From NCBI GenBank assembly GCA_964304625.1, contig OZ199840.1, positions 10,425,220 through 10,489,219 on the forward strand: a stretch of 64,000 nucleotides of DNA, in the 5' to 3' direction. Below, piece after piece: positions 12,334-26,322 of the stretch. A model generated the notes under the pieces. The model was not told the origin of the DNA. It saw only the letters and a program-made list of their open reading frames with translations, and searched no databases. The DNA comes from Kudoa neothunni (Eukaryota > Animalia > Cnidaria). Position 1 is the stretch's first letter. Every line of letters starts with the position of its first letter. The translations under genes were made by a program, and so were the position numbers.

Positions 12334-13772
12334 TTATTGACCAGAGGAACCTTTTTGAATTTTTAACTGTTCATCTTTATCATAATGGTTCCCACAAATT
12401 GCTTTGCATTGCTCCACCGATTTGAAATTGTTCGTATTACCACCATAACCTTGGTATGTAAATGATTTGCATTTGTGATCATTTTTATCGTAGTAGAACC
12501 TCGTTGCTTGAAAAATGCCATCGCTTTTCTCACCCGCCATAGGTTGAATACATGTTTCTTCAATTTTTATTTCCTTCTTATAATTCTCTAAATTTATTTT
12601 AAATATCATTATCTTTAAAATACCGAGATAGAAACTTTTTGAAATTAAATACCTGCTCCGCAATAGCTATGACACATCTCCATGGTTGGGAAATTATTTT
12701 TTTTTAGGATCAAATTCAGATGTTTTTATCCGTTCGTGGACCGGTTTCCATTCGTTTGCAAACTTTATTTGTGTGGTCGTAATAATATCTGAACTCTGTG
12801 TTATCAGGTACATTTGTAGCGATGACGTATTGATCAGGGGGACCGCTACAAGCAGCAACTTTCCTGTTACTACAATCCTCCTTTCCATCAGTTGAATCAT
12901 ATTCGTAAGCTAATATTATTTAAAAGACTTGATAACAAATGATGAATATACGATAACACGTTTTGACACATTCATGAAAGGTACCAAAGATTCCTCTTGT
13001 GTTTGAATCTATTGAGACCGCGGCATAAGCGCATTTTCGATTATTAACGTCTGCAATAATTGCTGTGCCAGGATCTTTGTCTTTAACGTCTGGTCTTAGT
13101 GTACAATCCAATGTATTTGGAGTCATATATTTTTTTTTATCCTCGCTTATTTTATCATCATCAGCGTTAGTGAGCCCCCCATTCTTTTTATCTAGAGATT
13201 ATTATGTTATGTTATGTTAAACAAAAACAATTATTGTTATATTTACTGAAACAATACAAATAACACTCTTCGTCACTATCGTATCGATTAAAACTTCCTC
13301 CACACCCATTATAATTGAATTTCTCGCATTTAGCAGTTGTCTGATCAAAATAGTATTTTGTAGTTACACCTGAGTTTTTAACACAGTGTCCAGGATGCAA
13401 TGGTTTTTTGCATCCCTGAAGCTTTTCTCTTTCGGTTAACTTACCTGAAATTATCTTAAAAATGCTGTTTTAAATTAATGTACCATGCATTTCACAAAGT
13501 CCTTTTGATGCAAAATTATTATAGTTCCCCTTGATACCACGGTATTCGAGAGGTTTGCATTTAGCGTCGTGGATGTCAATAAACCAACGGTCAATGACAT
13601 TCTCCATACTTCTCGGGACATTCAATGGGCCAGTCTCCTTCATCCCTTTCATAAGAAGGTAATATAGGATCTGAGGAATAAATTTAGACAGGAAGTTCAA
13701 TCAAATTAATAAACCCAAAAAGCAATATTTTATAGATAAAAGTAGAAATATTTGATAATACAAGGATTTCAT
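12334..13772 (-). pseudogene. Multi-Kunitz secreted protein, copy 1 (three +1 frameshifts: pseudogene or assembly error)
   Basis: Same six-exon layout as copies 2 and 3. Extra T at 13621-13622 gives a TGA at 13591. Extra T in the runs at 12723-12727 and 12697-12705. Confidence 0.75.
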
Positions 13773-14772
13773 GTAGATTTCAATGTTCCACAAAATTACA
13801 ACATTGAACCGAAGATTGGAAATTTTCGATTGACTTGTGATTGAAGAGAATAATTTAATGTATTAATACTATTATAGACATATTAAAATAACATTCATTA
13901 TTATTAATCTTAGTATCTTATTTCATTTAGACAGTATTTAATATTTAATCTGAGAGAGCCGTGCGCATTTTATATGTTTGTCCATTCAATTTGAAAGAAT
14001 TAAATGCAGTTAAATACAAAACCTCAATTTTAAAAGTAAAAATAAAATCGGTATTATATTTTTTTTTGTGACATAAGAATATTTTTTCGCTAAAATCATT
14101 ATACGAATAATTAGTAAATAATTAGGATTGCCTTGATATCAATTTTTTTTAAAACGAGTAAGAAAAAGTTATACATATTTCAGCACTCGCCAATAATCGA
14201 AACCACATCGTCGCAAATGCTTATATTTTGAATTCGAATCGTTTTTGACACGTACGCTATACTACCATAATTAAGAATAAATTTAGTCTTAATTTCTAAA
14301 AATGTCATGAATGATAACTAATAATGGAATGTAATCTATTTTATAATCGTTAGATAAAATATCAATTTTCTTTAAATAGGGTTTTGACAGTCATTACGAT
14401 GACAATTTATTATTTAGTAATATTAAACCACATTATACATAAAAAATATTTATATTATGCTCTACGTGGGCAAGAATACACTTAACTATTAATAAAATAT
14501 TTTATGCTTGAAATCAATTATTTTTTAGCCAAATTATTATGATACAGACTTCTAATCTTCTTTTATTTCCGTTCTTGATTTCGGTTCAAATGCAGAATAG
14601 TGACCGCATGTACCGATTAAAGATTATAATTAGTTCGTACATTAATCCTACATATTTTAAATTAAATTAATGTGATATTTGTTGATTATTTAGTGTTGGG
14701 AATGACAGAATTAACTATAATAAATTTATTTTTGATAATAACGTTATGCATTAGCTACAATTAATTGGCTAA

Positions 14773-14845
14773 TCTGTATATATATATATATAAAATTCTT
14801 TGTCTGTCAGTGTGTGTGTCTACAAGAGCGTACGTGCCATGGTGA
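14773..14845 (+). mobile_element. Possible Helitron-type 5' end
   Basis: A|TCTGTATATATATATATATAAAATTC followed by a GT-rich microsatellite resembles non-autonomous animal Helitron 5' termini. The 3' end was not found. Confidence 0.3.
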
Positions 14846-17772
14846 AAATTTTTTTAAAAAACAGCTTTTAGTTGACATTTAAATAGATGATACCACTAAT
14901 ACAAATCGTGCATTTTACTTAGAAGTACAAATATAATCAATATCGCAATCAGAAGTAAGGAATTTTCTAGTTGTCTACTCAAATAGCAGATTAAAAAGTA
15001 CCTGCATAAGATTGATGTTTGTTTACTTCGGAGCGATAATCAATTAGAATGAACTTTCGCTCACTATATACAAAGAAAATCTGTTAATTTTGGTATAGGA
15101 TGTTCCATGAATGCTATATACGCCTGTTTGGAGTAATTTTCAGATAAATTACACTATTAACGTTACATTTACAAGAGTTTTCACATTCCCCTTAAAATTT
15201 GTAGAATATTACAGTTTTTTTAAAATGTTGATTCATTTTTCTAGTATTATAAATACATTTTAGGCCAAAGAAACTTACGATAATTTTAAATTAAACACAT
15301 AATTTGAGATTATAAGTTGTTGCCAAGTTGGAATAATTTTTGGTCTCTATATGCATTCTAAAAACCATTTAAAAATGTATTTAGGGTATTCAAAATAATT
15401 AAATTTTTGTGAAAACTTCTTAAATGAAAATTATGCTCCATTGGAAATCCTGAGATGTGAACATTTCTTTTTATCAAAAATATCGATTGAGATTGAAAAC
15501 TATATTCGTCTTCCGATAAGTTTTAACTCATTTTTTGGTTTCCAAAATCATCTTGCAAAACAGCTGGCATGACTAATTCAATAAGTTTCCATATTTGATG
15601 GAACAATTTGTAAATAATTTTTAAGTTCTTAGTAACCTACACTATTCCCTACCCACAGACCTTAAGATTAATATTCAAATCAATATACTGTTTCCTTTAG
15701 GCTCGCAATAATTCATTATGATATAAAAGCTACATAAAAATATGCGGAATAGCATTGTATACGTATTTAAGAATTTATACTCAAGATTACTTTTGCATAA
15801 AATACAGTCCCCCTCTCAATACGTGCCATGTAAGTTAATAAAAAACTATTGGTCTATTCCATCTAACCGATATTTTCACAAAATGTTCGTTAACTTAAGA
15901 ATAGTTCAATACAAAGAATTTTTTGGGGGATAATCAAACAGTACGTTTGTTTTTAAAAGGGTGTACTCCATCGAGAAAACCAGTTGATATTTAAGCATTA
16001 CTGTAATTTTTCAACATCAAAACATCTTTATGTTTTAGATTTAATCTTATTTTGTTAATTAAATCTATATATTTATGAACCAATAAGTATTATTGTAAAA
16101 AAAGATTGCATTTATTAAAAAAATCGGGAAATTACGTTAAAATAGTGAATTTTGTAAGTTAACGCTCACAGGTTTTTAAAACATCAAAACATTGAAGAAA
16201 ACACATGTTGGCAACTTTTATTTGCTATGAAATGCATCATCGCCCTACATATTCCTTTTTTTCTCTGATCAAATCATACCAAGATTCTACAGAAGTTTTA
16301 ATAGTCTAAATTGTATCTATCTTAAATAACGCATAATTCATCATGATTGAATCAAAATTTCACCTAACATTTTACATTTCTCGATCACTCGACAATAGTG
16401 TCTGACTGGAGACCCCTTTTTTAAAGGATAGCCATAAAAATTACTTTTTTTATGTCACCTGGGTCAGGGGTCGCCCAAATTTTTAACTTTCTTAAAGCCG
16501 CAAGGGCCAAATTAAAATTTTTTTTTTCGAAAAGCAGTTATAATGATGAAACGAGAATGATATAAATATGAAAAAAATAAGGTAACTGATTCCCGTGGCA
16601 GGATTTAGCATATTTCAGTTTTGAGGCCCACAATAGGGTTACCAACAATCCGTTGTCTAATGTATAATTCACAAAATTCGCAAAATTAACTATATTTATG
16701 GTTTTAACTAAAAATTACAATTTTGCCAGGTATAAAATTCATAGTTTATTTGATCATACTCAAATTGCGTAGATGCTAATAAGGTGTTCATTCGTCGAGT
16801 TTCAAACTTTTTTATAATTTCTTTATTAATCACATTTAGAGATAAATTCATACTTTTGTAAAATTCTGCATATAATGCTGGAAAATATCTAGGGAACGGT
16901 GATTATTGCCCCTATTACTTTAAATTTCTAGTATCATGTCAATTAAACCGAACCAGATTAAAAATTAGAGCTAATCAATTTAATTTATAACTTTAACTAA
17001 TTAAGACTTTTAAATTATTGGAAAAATACAAATAAGATAAACCTTGAAACATGTATTTTATCAATTCGTACGTTTTACATTAATAATGTTGCTATATTAG
17101 TGTGTCGATTTTCTCTTTTGTTTCAATTAAGATAAATAAAAACACCGAAGTACTCAAATGATATTTCTAATCAACACTCATACATTAAAGTAATGTATTG
17201 ATAGTCTAACCCTCAAAGGACAATGCTCAAAAAACTTACGCGTGTAACCATGGGGGTACCTCAGGTGTCTCAGATGGTTTCTATGATAACGACTGTATTT
17301 TTTCTTAATTTTTTAAATTGAAAAATAGTATATTTATGACTATTAAAAACAGTATCCTAATAATCAAATTAATAAGTGAATCAATAGGAAATTTCAAGAA
17401 AATTTAAATAAGCGTTACCAATATAATCTATTACAATCTATCTTATTGCTGAGGTATAAGGTAGACACAAATATTTCAAATCATTCTCGAAAATATAGAC
17501 ATAAACGTAAGTGCATCCCGTGGGCTACGCAAACGGTTTACCTCGATAACGTCTACGTTGATTGTGGGATTATATTTGATCTATTTCACTGAACGGACTA
17601 AAAATGTATGTTATTGTCCAAGTTTTAATTAATGTTTTTTGGGGTTTTCTTATTAAGTTATATTCTTCCCTTCATTCAATTACTTTTGAACCACCCTAAT
17701 TGAATATTTAAAGATGAATGGAAATTGCATAATTTAATCTATTATGATAATACTACACATAGAAAGAAAATA

Positions 17773-20700
17773 CAGTAGGTAACCTGCAGTACATAATCTC
17801 CTCCGAACCGTAAAAAAATTTCGTACTATCGGTGAGGACCATGGTTGCCAGATTAGCAAAAAAAGTACCAAAAATTTTTGAAAAACGTACCAAAATATCA
17901 AGTAAAATGTACCAATAGTTAATCTTCTAAAAAAAGAGATTAAGAGGAAAACGTAATTATTTAAAATGTTTCTTAATCTATCTAAAATAAAATTGTGTCA
18001 TTTCATTTATCTTCATAAAGGTTTCTCTCTATGAACGCTGTTACTAAATTTTCAGCCGTGTTCCATTTTGTACAATCTGTATTATAAAATAAACTTTTCG
18101 AATAAATCAAACTGTTTAATGTTTCAGTCTTCAATAATGATCTATTTTTCGTATTGATTATGTTCAATTGAGAAAATATTCTTTCGGCACACGCAGAAGA
18201 ATGATGTAATGAGAGTAAGCTCAGCATTAATTTTGAAATTAATGGATTTTTAGGAACATCGCCAATTCTTGTTTCTGTTACATCGTACAAAAATTTGTTG
18301 GGATCACTTATTGAAAAGAGATTTGAATCTTTGAGAGTTAATTGTCTCCATTCAATATCCACGTTGGTGCAGTCTTCATCCGATATAAGATTGGGGAATC
18401 TTGCTGCAAGGGGTATGATAGACTGGGACATACCTTCATTTACGTTACTTGGATCCATTGCCTCCAACAATTCAAATTCTTTAAATGAATTATTGTATAG
18501 AAATCGATCAAATATTTCGTTTTTTAAGGCAATATAGAAGTTAAATGTATTTATTTTGTATTGGAGATATTCTTATGAATTTATTATGGAAGAATTCATT
18601 GTATAGATGCAAGTCACTTTGGGTCCGCGAGAAACATTATCTAATGGACGATAATTTGAAGGGTTATTAATAGTAATATTTCATATATCCACGTTTTTAA
18701 TGATTTCTCTTTTCATAAGTATGCTGAGAATGACTTTTACTGTAAAACTGATTGAATTTTTTGGCTTGTGTATTCGAAAAGTTTCTGACTGGAATTCAAT
18801 ATTAAGTTTGTTCACTGCTGGAAGTATAAAGTATAAGGATTCAAAATACATATGATTTATTTATTTACTTTACAATTTATTAATTTTGCTGATTCAAAAA
18901 CTCCTTTGACAGTACAATTCGTTATTTCCAACATGACCAAATATTTTTCCACTGTCTTTTTAACATCGACATCATAATATCAATCTACTAAAACTAGTTG
19001 TTTAGTTGTGGATAGATTTGTGGTTTCTTCTATTATTAATGAAAATTCGGTTGTTAGTAATTTTAAAATTAAGTTTTTTAAGCAATATTTTCCAATAACA
19101 TGACGAAAAACACATTTGCCTTTCGTTCAAGCACATTTAATATCTTTGCAAATAGCAGAATCTTCACAAACCTTGGCAATTAAACCAGGCAAATGATCCA
19201 AGAATGACAACGGCAAATTGTGTTCCTCAACAAAGGCACATAATTTCAATTCTGAGTTATCAATTTTTAGAGCATATACAACAGAACTGTTTAATTCTAT
19301 GTATCCATCTATTTTCATATTATTTGTGGATTGTCTCATATTTCTTAATTGTTTTCGGTTGCTGCATGTCTCTCGGTTTGTGAAATACCCCCCGAAACTT
19401 CACATTTACACACTTTACATAACACTTTCTCTTTGTTATCCATGCTCACATCAATCCACTGGATAAACCTTCGATGTTCCAACCATTCTCTTCTTGCCTT
19501 GCGTTCGTAACCTTTATATATTTTCTTTGTTGGTGTGTTACTTATATCGCTTTCGCAGTTGCTATCGTTTTGATTAAAGGCTATAGAGAATTACTAACCC
19601 AACAAATATCACATTATGTTTAACACAATAAAAGTTACAGAAATTAATTCAACTTGTTGAATGCGAAAACTATGAAGTAAATTATTAAGACGCGCGCTAT
19701 TAAGAGTGAATATGTATGTTAAAATATGTGCTTGTGTATAAAATTTTATCCTTATCGCATTCCGGATAGTGTTTTCCTCTTCAACTTCGTTTTCGTAACA
19801 TTAAAATATTTTCAGCTGTCGATGATAGCCTTAATTTTAAAAAATATAATTTATTAACAAGTCCCCTGGTTGGAAATGTATAAACTTAACATTTTAAGGA
19901 ATTTTGTTAACGACAATTAAATTTGATAACTCCTTCTAGCCAGATTTTTTTCTTTAAAAAACGTTTTAAAACCAAAAAATATAAAACTTGTAGGCAGCAA
20001 AATTAATTTCGTGAAGTAAACGAGCTAATTGCTCGCGTATAATGTTAAATATACATTGGGATTACATGGAATTGATTTGACCATGAAATCAAAGAACGTT
20101 CCATTTAAAACAATAAATGGATAACACTCTCGTGGTCAGAAACTCATTTAACATATGTTAAAAAATAAGCTTAAGTTTATAAAATTTTGTTAAATGATAA
20201 TATTTTGAAATTTAATTGTTTATTTTGTTTTCTTTATGAGATAAAACATTAAAGGGATAGATTGGATAGTTAAAATAATGTCGAATTCTACACCAAGACA
20301 TGTTTTGCATATCTTCGTATAATATTATATCTATACGCTGAAATAATATTAAATAAAAATATAAATTTTTAAATAAGTCATTATTGCTACTTTGCATTCA
20401 TTATTAATACCTAACCGGAAACCGAATATCGTCGACGCAATTAAAATTCTTGTCTTGAAGATGAAAAAGTACCATTTTGATACGAACATACCAATTCTGG
20501 TAACCCTGATGAGGATTAACACTACGCAATAAATTGTGCGCGTTTGACCATTTATTTCACATTATATTTTAACTTCTAATAAGCAGAAAATCGTTCAATT
20601 TAATTAAAAAAACAATGAAAATTGAAGTCATGTTATTATATTATATTATTGAAATGAAAAATAATCGATTATTCTCTTTTGAGTTAAACTTTTCGAAATA

Positions 20701-21300
20701 ATATCATAAGTGCCTTCCTTTAAGGAAGCCAAACATAATGATTTTTTCCTTTCGTGGTACTCAAAGAATAATTTCGATTCTTTTACATACTCCGGTGCTT
20801 TCTTAAAACTGACTGGTCTGTTGTCAGACGTTTCCATTGTCTGAGTTTCGGAGTCGATTATAACGTTGCCAATATGATGAACTTAACAAGTATAATAAAT
20901 ACTAGAAAAATTAATATAAAGGCTACTATTTAATGTAGACATAAAGGAAACCTTAAAATGTTTGATTGTAACAGCCTTGACACCCTTATAAGGAAGACTG
21001 GAGCAATATTTTAGTATATTTTTCTTTGACAGTTCTATATTTTAACTTAGAATTATTGCTCATTTTTAATAGCATAATATTTGAAAACCTAAAATCAACC
21101 ATCAAAAAATTGAATACTATCCACAAGTCACGTGATGAATAATGTGCAAGTTCCGCGGTTTTTAGTTTAATTTTTAAATGTTTCAAACTTAAATACAATC
21201 ATAAATTTATTATATAACTTATGTTAAAATTACTACGAAAAATATTTTGAAAAAAGCAAATTGGGTATTATCCGTCTTGCGTACTATCGGGAGCCTACTG
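17773..21300 (-). mobile_element. Internally deleted pogo/Tigger-like element hosting a nested hAT
   Basis: TA|CAGTAGG ... CCTACTG|TA termini. Residual minus ORF 20646-20837 ends QKRIIDYF, the PIP-box-like C-terminus seen in pogo transposases. Confidence 0.7.
17840..20508 (-). mobile_element. hAT DNA transposon with disrupted transposase
   Basis: TIRs CATGGTTGCCAGA / revcomp CAGGGTTACCAGA. Degenerate 8-bp TSD gtgaggac/atgaggat. Minus-strand fragments: CKVCKC zinc-finger-like start, AFVEEHNLPLSFLDHL, and dimerization motif LLSLHHSSACAERIFSQLNIINTKNRSLL (18003-18470). Confidence 0.88.
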
Positions 21301-22766
21301 TATGTGTTGGTGTTCTAGGACAAATTGAAGTGTCATATTTTTTAATAAATGATAAACATTAATGAATATGATATAAACATATCAAAAAAAACGATACTGC
21401 CCGTAATTATTAAATATCAGCAGGTTTTGGTAATTATTAACGTGAATCCCTACAATTACCTTTTGATATCATCGGAATTCTTTTATACAACGCGAGGGAA
21501 ATAAAAACTACAACGTTCTCCATGTATTTTTAATTTATTCGTTCCATTATAGTTATTTATTGTTATATAATAATATAAAATTTGGGTTAAAGTTTAGTTC
21601 CTGTCCCATGGGCGTTCGCCGGTTACCAGCCATCGGTAATGATCGGGCCACGTTTCATAACATATAAACCCAATAAAGTCTAGTTTACTTTAGTTAGACG
21701 TAATTAAACAAAATATATCAATTAAAAAATATAATATTTATTATTTAAATGTTAAAAAATTATAAAATAAGGTGTCAATTTATGTGCACAACAAAATAAT
21801 ATGTAATAAGATAATTTAAGTTTTTATCATTTAATATGAGAATTATATATAAACCAATATTTTGTATGGTATAGATATTTTTGTTATTTTTCAAAACAAA
21901 TGATAGATAACGATACAAAACCTAAAATAAGATTACATTTTAAAGATACATAGTAAATATTTTTTATATTTTACAATATGTTCTTTTTTAAAAAATGTAT
22001 AAACTAAAGCAATATGTACACTCATGATATTTGTATCTTAATATAATTTTTAATAGTTTTTAGATGGATAAAAATCACATAATATGCCATTTCTTTTTTA
22101 ATTGTATCCTAATGAACCTAAGTTAAAGTAAAATAATCTCTTTTAACTTAATTTTCGGAATATTTCGTTATTTTATACAAAAAATTTAATTATTTGATAA
22201 ATATATATGATCGTTCTAAAAAATAATATGTTAACACGTAACAATGCCGTAATTTACTAAATATATTTATTCGTTGACGATTTGAAAAAGACTTAATTAT
22301 ATAAATTTTTACAATAAAATAAAATCTACAAAATATAAATATGTATAATTGCTTCTAAAAGTTTAGAAAGAACACTCTTCCTGTAGAGTCTTTTAAATAT
22401 CAATTTGGCAAGAAATAATGGAAAGCATATTTAGATTCGTTTAAAAGAACAATTGATTTTCATTTGTTATCGGATTGTTATGATTATCTTAAAAAATTAA
22501 CAAATTAGCTATTAAGAAATATTTTATTATCATCGAGTCATTTTTTAGTTGTAAGGGAGTTAAGGCACGCTTATGTTTTAACGCCTACGTATATTATGCG
22601 TGTACTTTTCTGGAGCACATTACATTAACTAAGCTAGTTATCCATTAATATGACCCAATGATAAATATAAATCTTTTTGAATTCACATGACAATTATTTA
22701 ATGAATGTTTAATAGCATAATTTAATCGTTATTTTTATTTAGTTTATCTTAATTGAAAATTAAAAA

Positions 22767-23190
22767 CAGTGCAACCTCTGAGTTCGACTAAAAATATTGA
22801 GTCATAAACACTTTTGAGTTCGAGCGCATATGAAAGGGTATTCGGAACATATTCAATTGCGATAAAAAGGATAAGAAAAGAAATTATAGAAATGGATTCG
22901 CTCAATTAAATTTACGGAGGTCATCGAAAGAGAGACCTTTATAATCTATCGAATGACAACCAAAAATATCCATCCAATATTCCATTTATATTATTATATT
23001 AAAGATTTATTGGTTATATTTTATAAACAAAAGATATGCATGGTTTTTCATAAATAAGCATAAAAATAGTCGTCCGTTTGATGCGCTGTAACGGATAAAC
23101 TAATTTTCTTTCTTATGCAAGGTTAAAAATTATTCGGAATTTGAACACACTTCTAGAATGGATTATGGTAGAAGTCCGAGGCCGCATTAT
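22767..23190. mobile_element. Tc1/mariner-type MITE (paralog at ~10620-11123)
   Basis: Left end CAGTGCAACCTC, degenerate right end GAGGCCGCATTA (GAGGTTGCATTG|TA in the paralog). Internal similarity to 10620-11123. Confidence 0.55.
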
Positions 23191-23377
23191 AATTAGTTTT
23201 AACACTAATATTTTTATATTAGATGCGAATAATTTTGTTATCAATAAACATTATTTAATTATGACGATTGTTTGTAAACGTATTCAATAAAACTGTTTAC
23301 TTGTTTCTAAATATCAAAATCGTACTAAGCGAGAATTATTATAGCTGTTTCTAATTTTTAGCTTTGATACATGGGAT

Positions 23378-24821
23378 TTATTGTTCAGAGTCACCTTCAA
23401 TTACCACGTTTTTACCTTTATTATAATGATTCTCACATATTGCTTTGCATTGTGCCCCCGTTCTGAAGTTGTTTGTATTACCACCATATCCCTTGTAAGT
23501 AAATGATTTGCATTTGTGATCTGTTTTATCGTAATAGAACCTCTTTGCTTTAAAAACTCCGTTATTGGTTTCTCCCGCCTTAGGTTGGATACATGTTTCT
23601 TCAATTTTTATTTCCCTTTTATATTTCTCTAAAATTAATTTCCATCAATTTAATATATAAATATTCCTAAAATCTCGAGTTTTGAATATTTTTTTTGAAT
23701 TAAATACCTGCCCCACAATAGCTATGACACATTTCCATAGTTGGAAAGTTATTTTTTTCTGGGTTGAAATCCGGTTGTCCAGCAGTAGTGGGGCCAGTTT
23801 CCATGCGTTTGCAAATTTTAGTTTCAGAGTCATAATAATATCTGAACTCAGTAGTTTCTTGTTCACCTGTTCCAGTCATAATATATTGAACAGGAGGATT
23901 TTTGCACGCAGAAACTTTCGTGTTATTTTTATTTGCCTTTGAATCACCTGATTTAGGTTCGTATGCTAATAAAATTTAATATGAGAATATTATAATCTGT
24001 AAATATACGATAACACGTGTTGATACATTCGTGAAATGAACCAAAGATTCCTCTTGTGTTTGAATCTATTGAGACTGCGGCATAAGCGCATTTTTGATTT
24101 TTAACGTCTGCAATAATTGCTGTGCCAGGATCTTTGTCTTTAACGTCTGGTCTTAGTGTACAATCCAATGTATTTGGAGCCATATATTTTTTTTTATCCT
24201 CGCTTATTTTGTGATCATCAGCGTTAGTGAGCCCTCCATTCTTTTTATCTGGAGGTTATTATGTTACATTAAGCAAAAGATTATTGTTATATTTACTGAA
24301 ACAATACAAATAACACTCTTCGTCACTATCGTATCGATTAAAACTTCCTCCACACCCATTATAATTGAATTTCTCGCATTTAGCAGTTGTCTGATCAAAA
24401 TAGTATTTTGTAGTTACACCTGAGTTTTTAACACAGTGTCCAGGATGCAATGGTTTTTTGCATCCCTGAAGCTTTTCTCTTTCGGTTAACTTACCTGAAA
24501 TTATCTTAAAAATGCTGTTTTAAATTAATGTACCATGCATTTCACAAAGTCCTTTTGATGCAAAATTATTATAGTTCCCCTTGATACCACGGTATTCGAG
24601 AGGTTTGCATTTAGCGTCGTGGATGTCAATAAACCAACGGTCAATGACATTCTCCATACTTCTCGGGACATCAATGGGCCAGTCACCTTCATCCCTTTCA
24701 TAAGAAGGTAATATAGGATCTGAGGAATAAATTTAGACAGGAAGTTCAATCAAATTAATAAACCCAAAAAGCAATATTTTATAGATAAAAGTAGAAATAT
24801 TTGATAATACAAGGATTTCAT
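23378..24821 (-). CDS. Secreted multi-Kunitz (5 domains) protein, copy 2, intact
   Basis: Signal-like MKSLYYQIFLLLSIKYCFL. D1 RWFID..C..LEYRGIKGNYNNF. D2 canonical CKKPLHPGHC...YYFD...C..FNYNGCGGSFNRY...C...C. D3-D5 are 4-Cys Kunitz-like. Five short GT-AG introns keep the frame open. Confidence 0.88.
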
Positions 24822-25140
24822 GTAGATTTCAATGTTCCACAAAATTACAACATTGAACCGAAGATTGGAAATTTTCGATTGACTTGTGATTGAAGAGAAT
24901 AATTTAATGTATTAATACGATTATAGACATATTAAAATAACTTCCATTATGATTAATCTTAGTATCTTATGTCGTTTATACGGTATTTAATGTCTAATCT
25001 GAAACAGCTGTGCGCAGTTTAATGTTTGTCTATTCAATTTGAAGTATTATTCATTCCATGTGAAAGAGTTAAATGAAAATAAATAAAGAATCTCTTTTTT
25101 AAAAGAAACATTAAATTAATTATCAGTTTTTTGCAAAATA

Positions 25141-26322
25141 CAGTATGGTCTCGATATTGCGAGGTTCGATATAGAGTAGTCCACATTTTTTTCAAATTTC
25201 TGTAACCAACATTGCAACCTTTTCGATGTATATAGTCTTCTTCTCTAATGTTATACCCAATAACACGAAATTACATTTAAAAAATGCATTTTTTGTAAAA
25301 TTCAGGGTTTTGCTATTGGACAGTGGTTACTTCAATTTTAACCCGACTAATCCGCTAAATTACACATTCGAACGTTCGATATTGTGAAAGAAACAAAAAT
25401 GTTGGTAAAAAATAGGATTTGTCCAATATTATGATTCAATTATCTCAATCTGAAATGCCAAAAAGTCACTCTTTATCGCCGTAGAATATGATGAATTCTA
25501 TTATTGGGAGTTTTATTCAAATTAAAATTACTTATCCTTCTCTGAATAGAATTTTACGTAATAAATCTGATATAATGAACTCCAGTGTTGCTTCTTTCAG
25601 TAAAGGAATTAAAAATAAAAAATACATCCAACTTCAAATTTTGTCATATGGCTGGATTGTGTCAGAAAACCAAAAAAGACAAATATTCTAGAGTTTTTAT
25701 CACTGGGAAGTCAAAACATTTTGTTGGTGATCTTAAATCACAGGTTTAAGTGGAACAATAAGTTTCCTTAAAAATTTTAAGATTCTCTGTCGCTTAAAAA
25801 TTCACTCTTCCTGGATAAGGGGGAAGTTAATGATAATATTGTGAATGATTAAGTAATCAAATTATATTAGGTAAAAAATAGACTTGAAAAATAAAACATA
25901 TATAAATCTCGGTGACACCGCTCTTTCCTAAGAACATTTTAATCAACGAACGTATGATATAAAGAAGGAGTTGAATTAAAAGGAAATAAAACAATCAAAA
26001 AATCTATAACAGAATTATAGAGAGCTTAATTTATAAGGATAAAATTCCCACATATTGGCATTGGTAAATTTAAGGAGAAACTCTGTTTTAAAGGAATTTA
26101 TGAATTTTCTGTTAAATATTAACGATCAAAAAATGGTTGAATGACTTCAATTATCTTCTTGATATTTTGAAAATTCTTGGTCAAAAGTTCGTATATTATT
26201 AGATCGATGTCTTTTAGATCTTTAATTTAATAATACAAACATGATAGATCATTCTTTCGTTAAAAAATAAAAAAAGTTTTCGAATGGCGCGTGTGCGAAA
26301 CATTGATATGGAGAGATATTTT
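25141..26322. mobile_element. Decayed Tc1/mariner-pogo-like element upstream of Kunitz copy 2
   Basis: TA|CAGTATGGTCTCGATATT left end and a very degenerate right end. It interrupts the homology between the upstream flanks of Kunitz copies 1 (~14080-14560) and 2 (~26340-26870). Confidence 0.45.

Noticed and set aside
13590-13640. Stop-codon reassignment or programmed frameshift in Kunitz copy 1 (CPEKYGEC frame)
   Set aside because: Paralogs lack the extra base and read through in frame. The other genes translate with the standard code once introns are removed.
15000-16500. Possible decayed hAT/Buster remnant (CAGGGGTCGCCCAA at ~16464)
   Set aside because: No partner TIR or TSD, and no convincing peptide motifs could be read.
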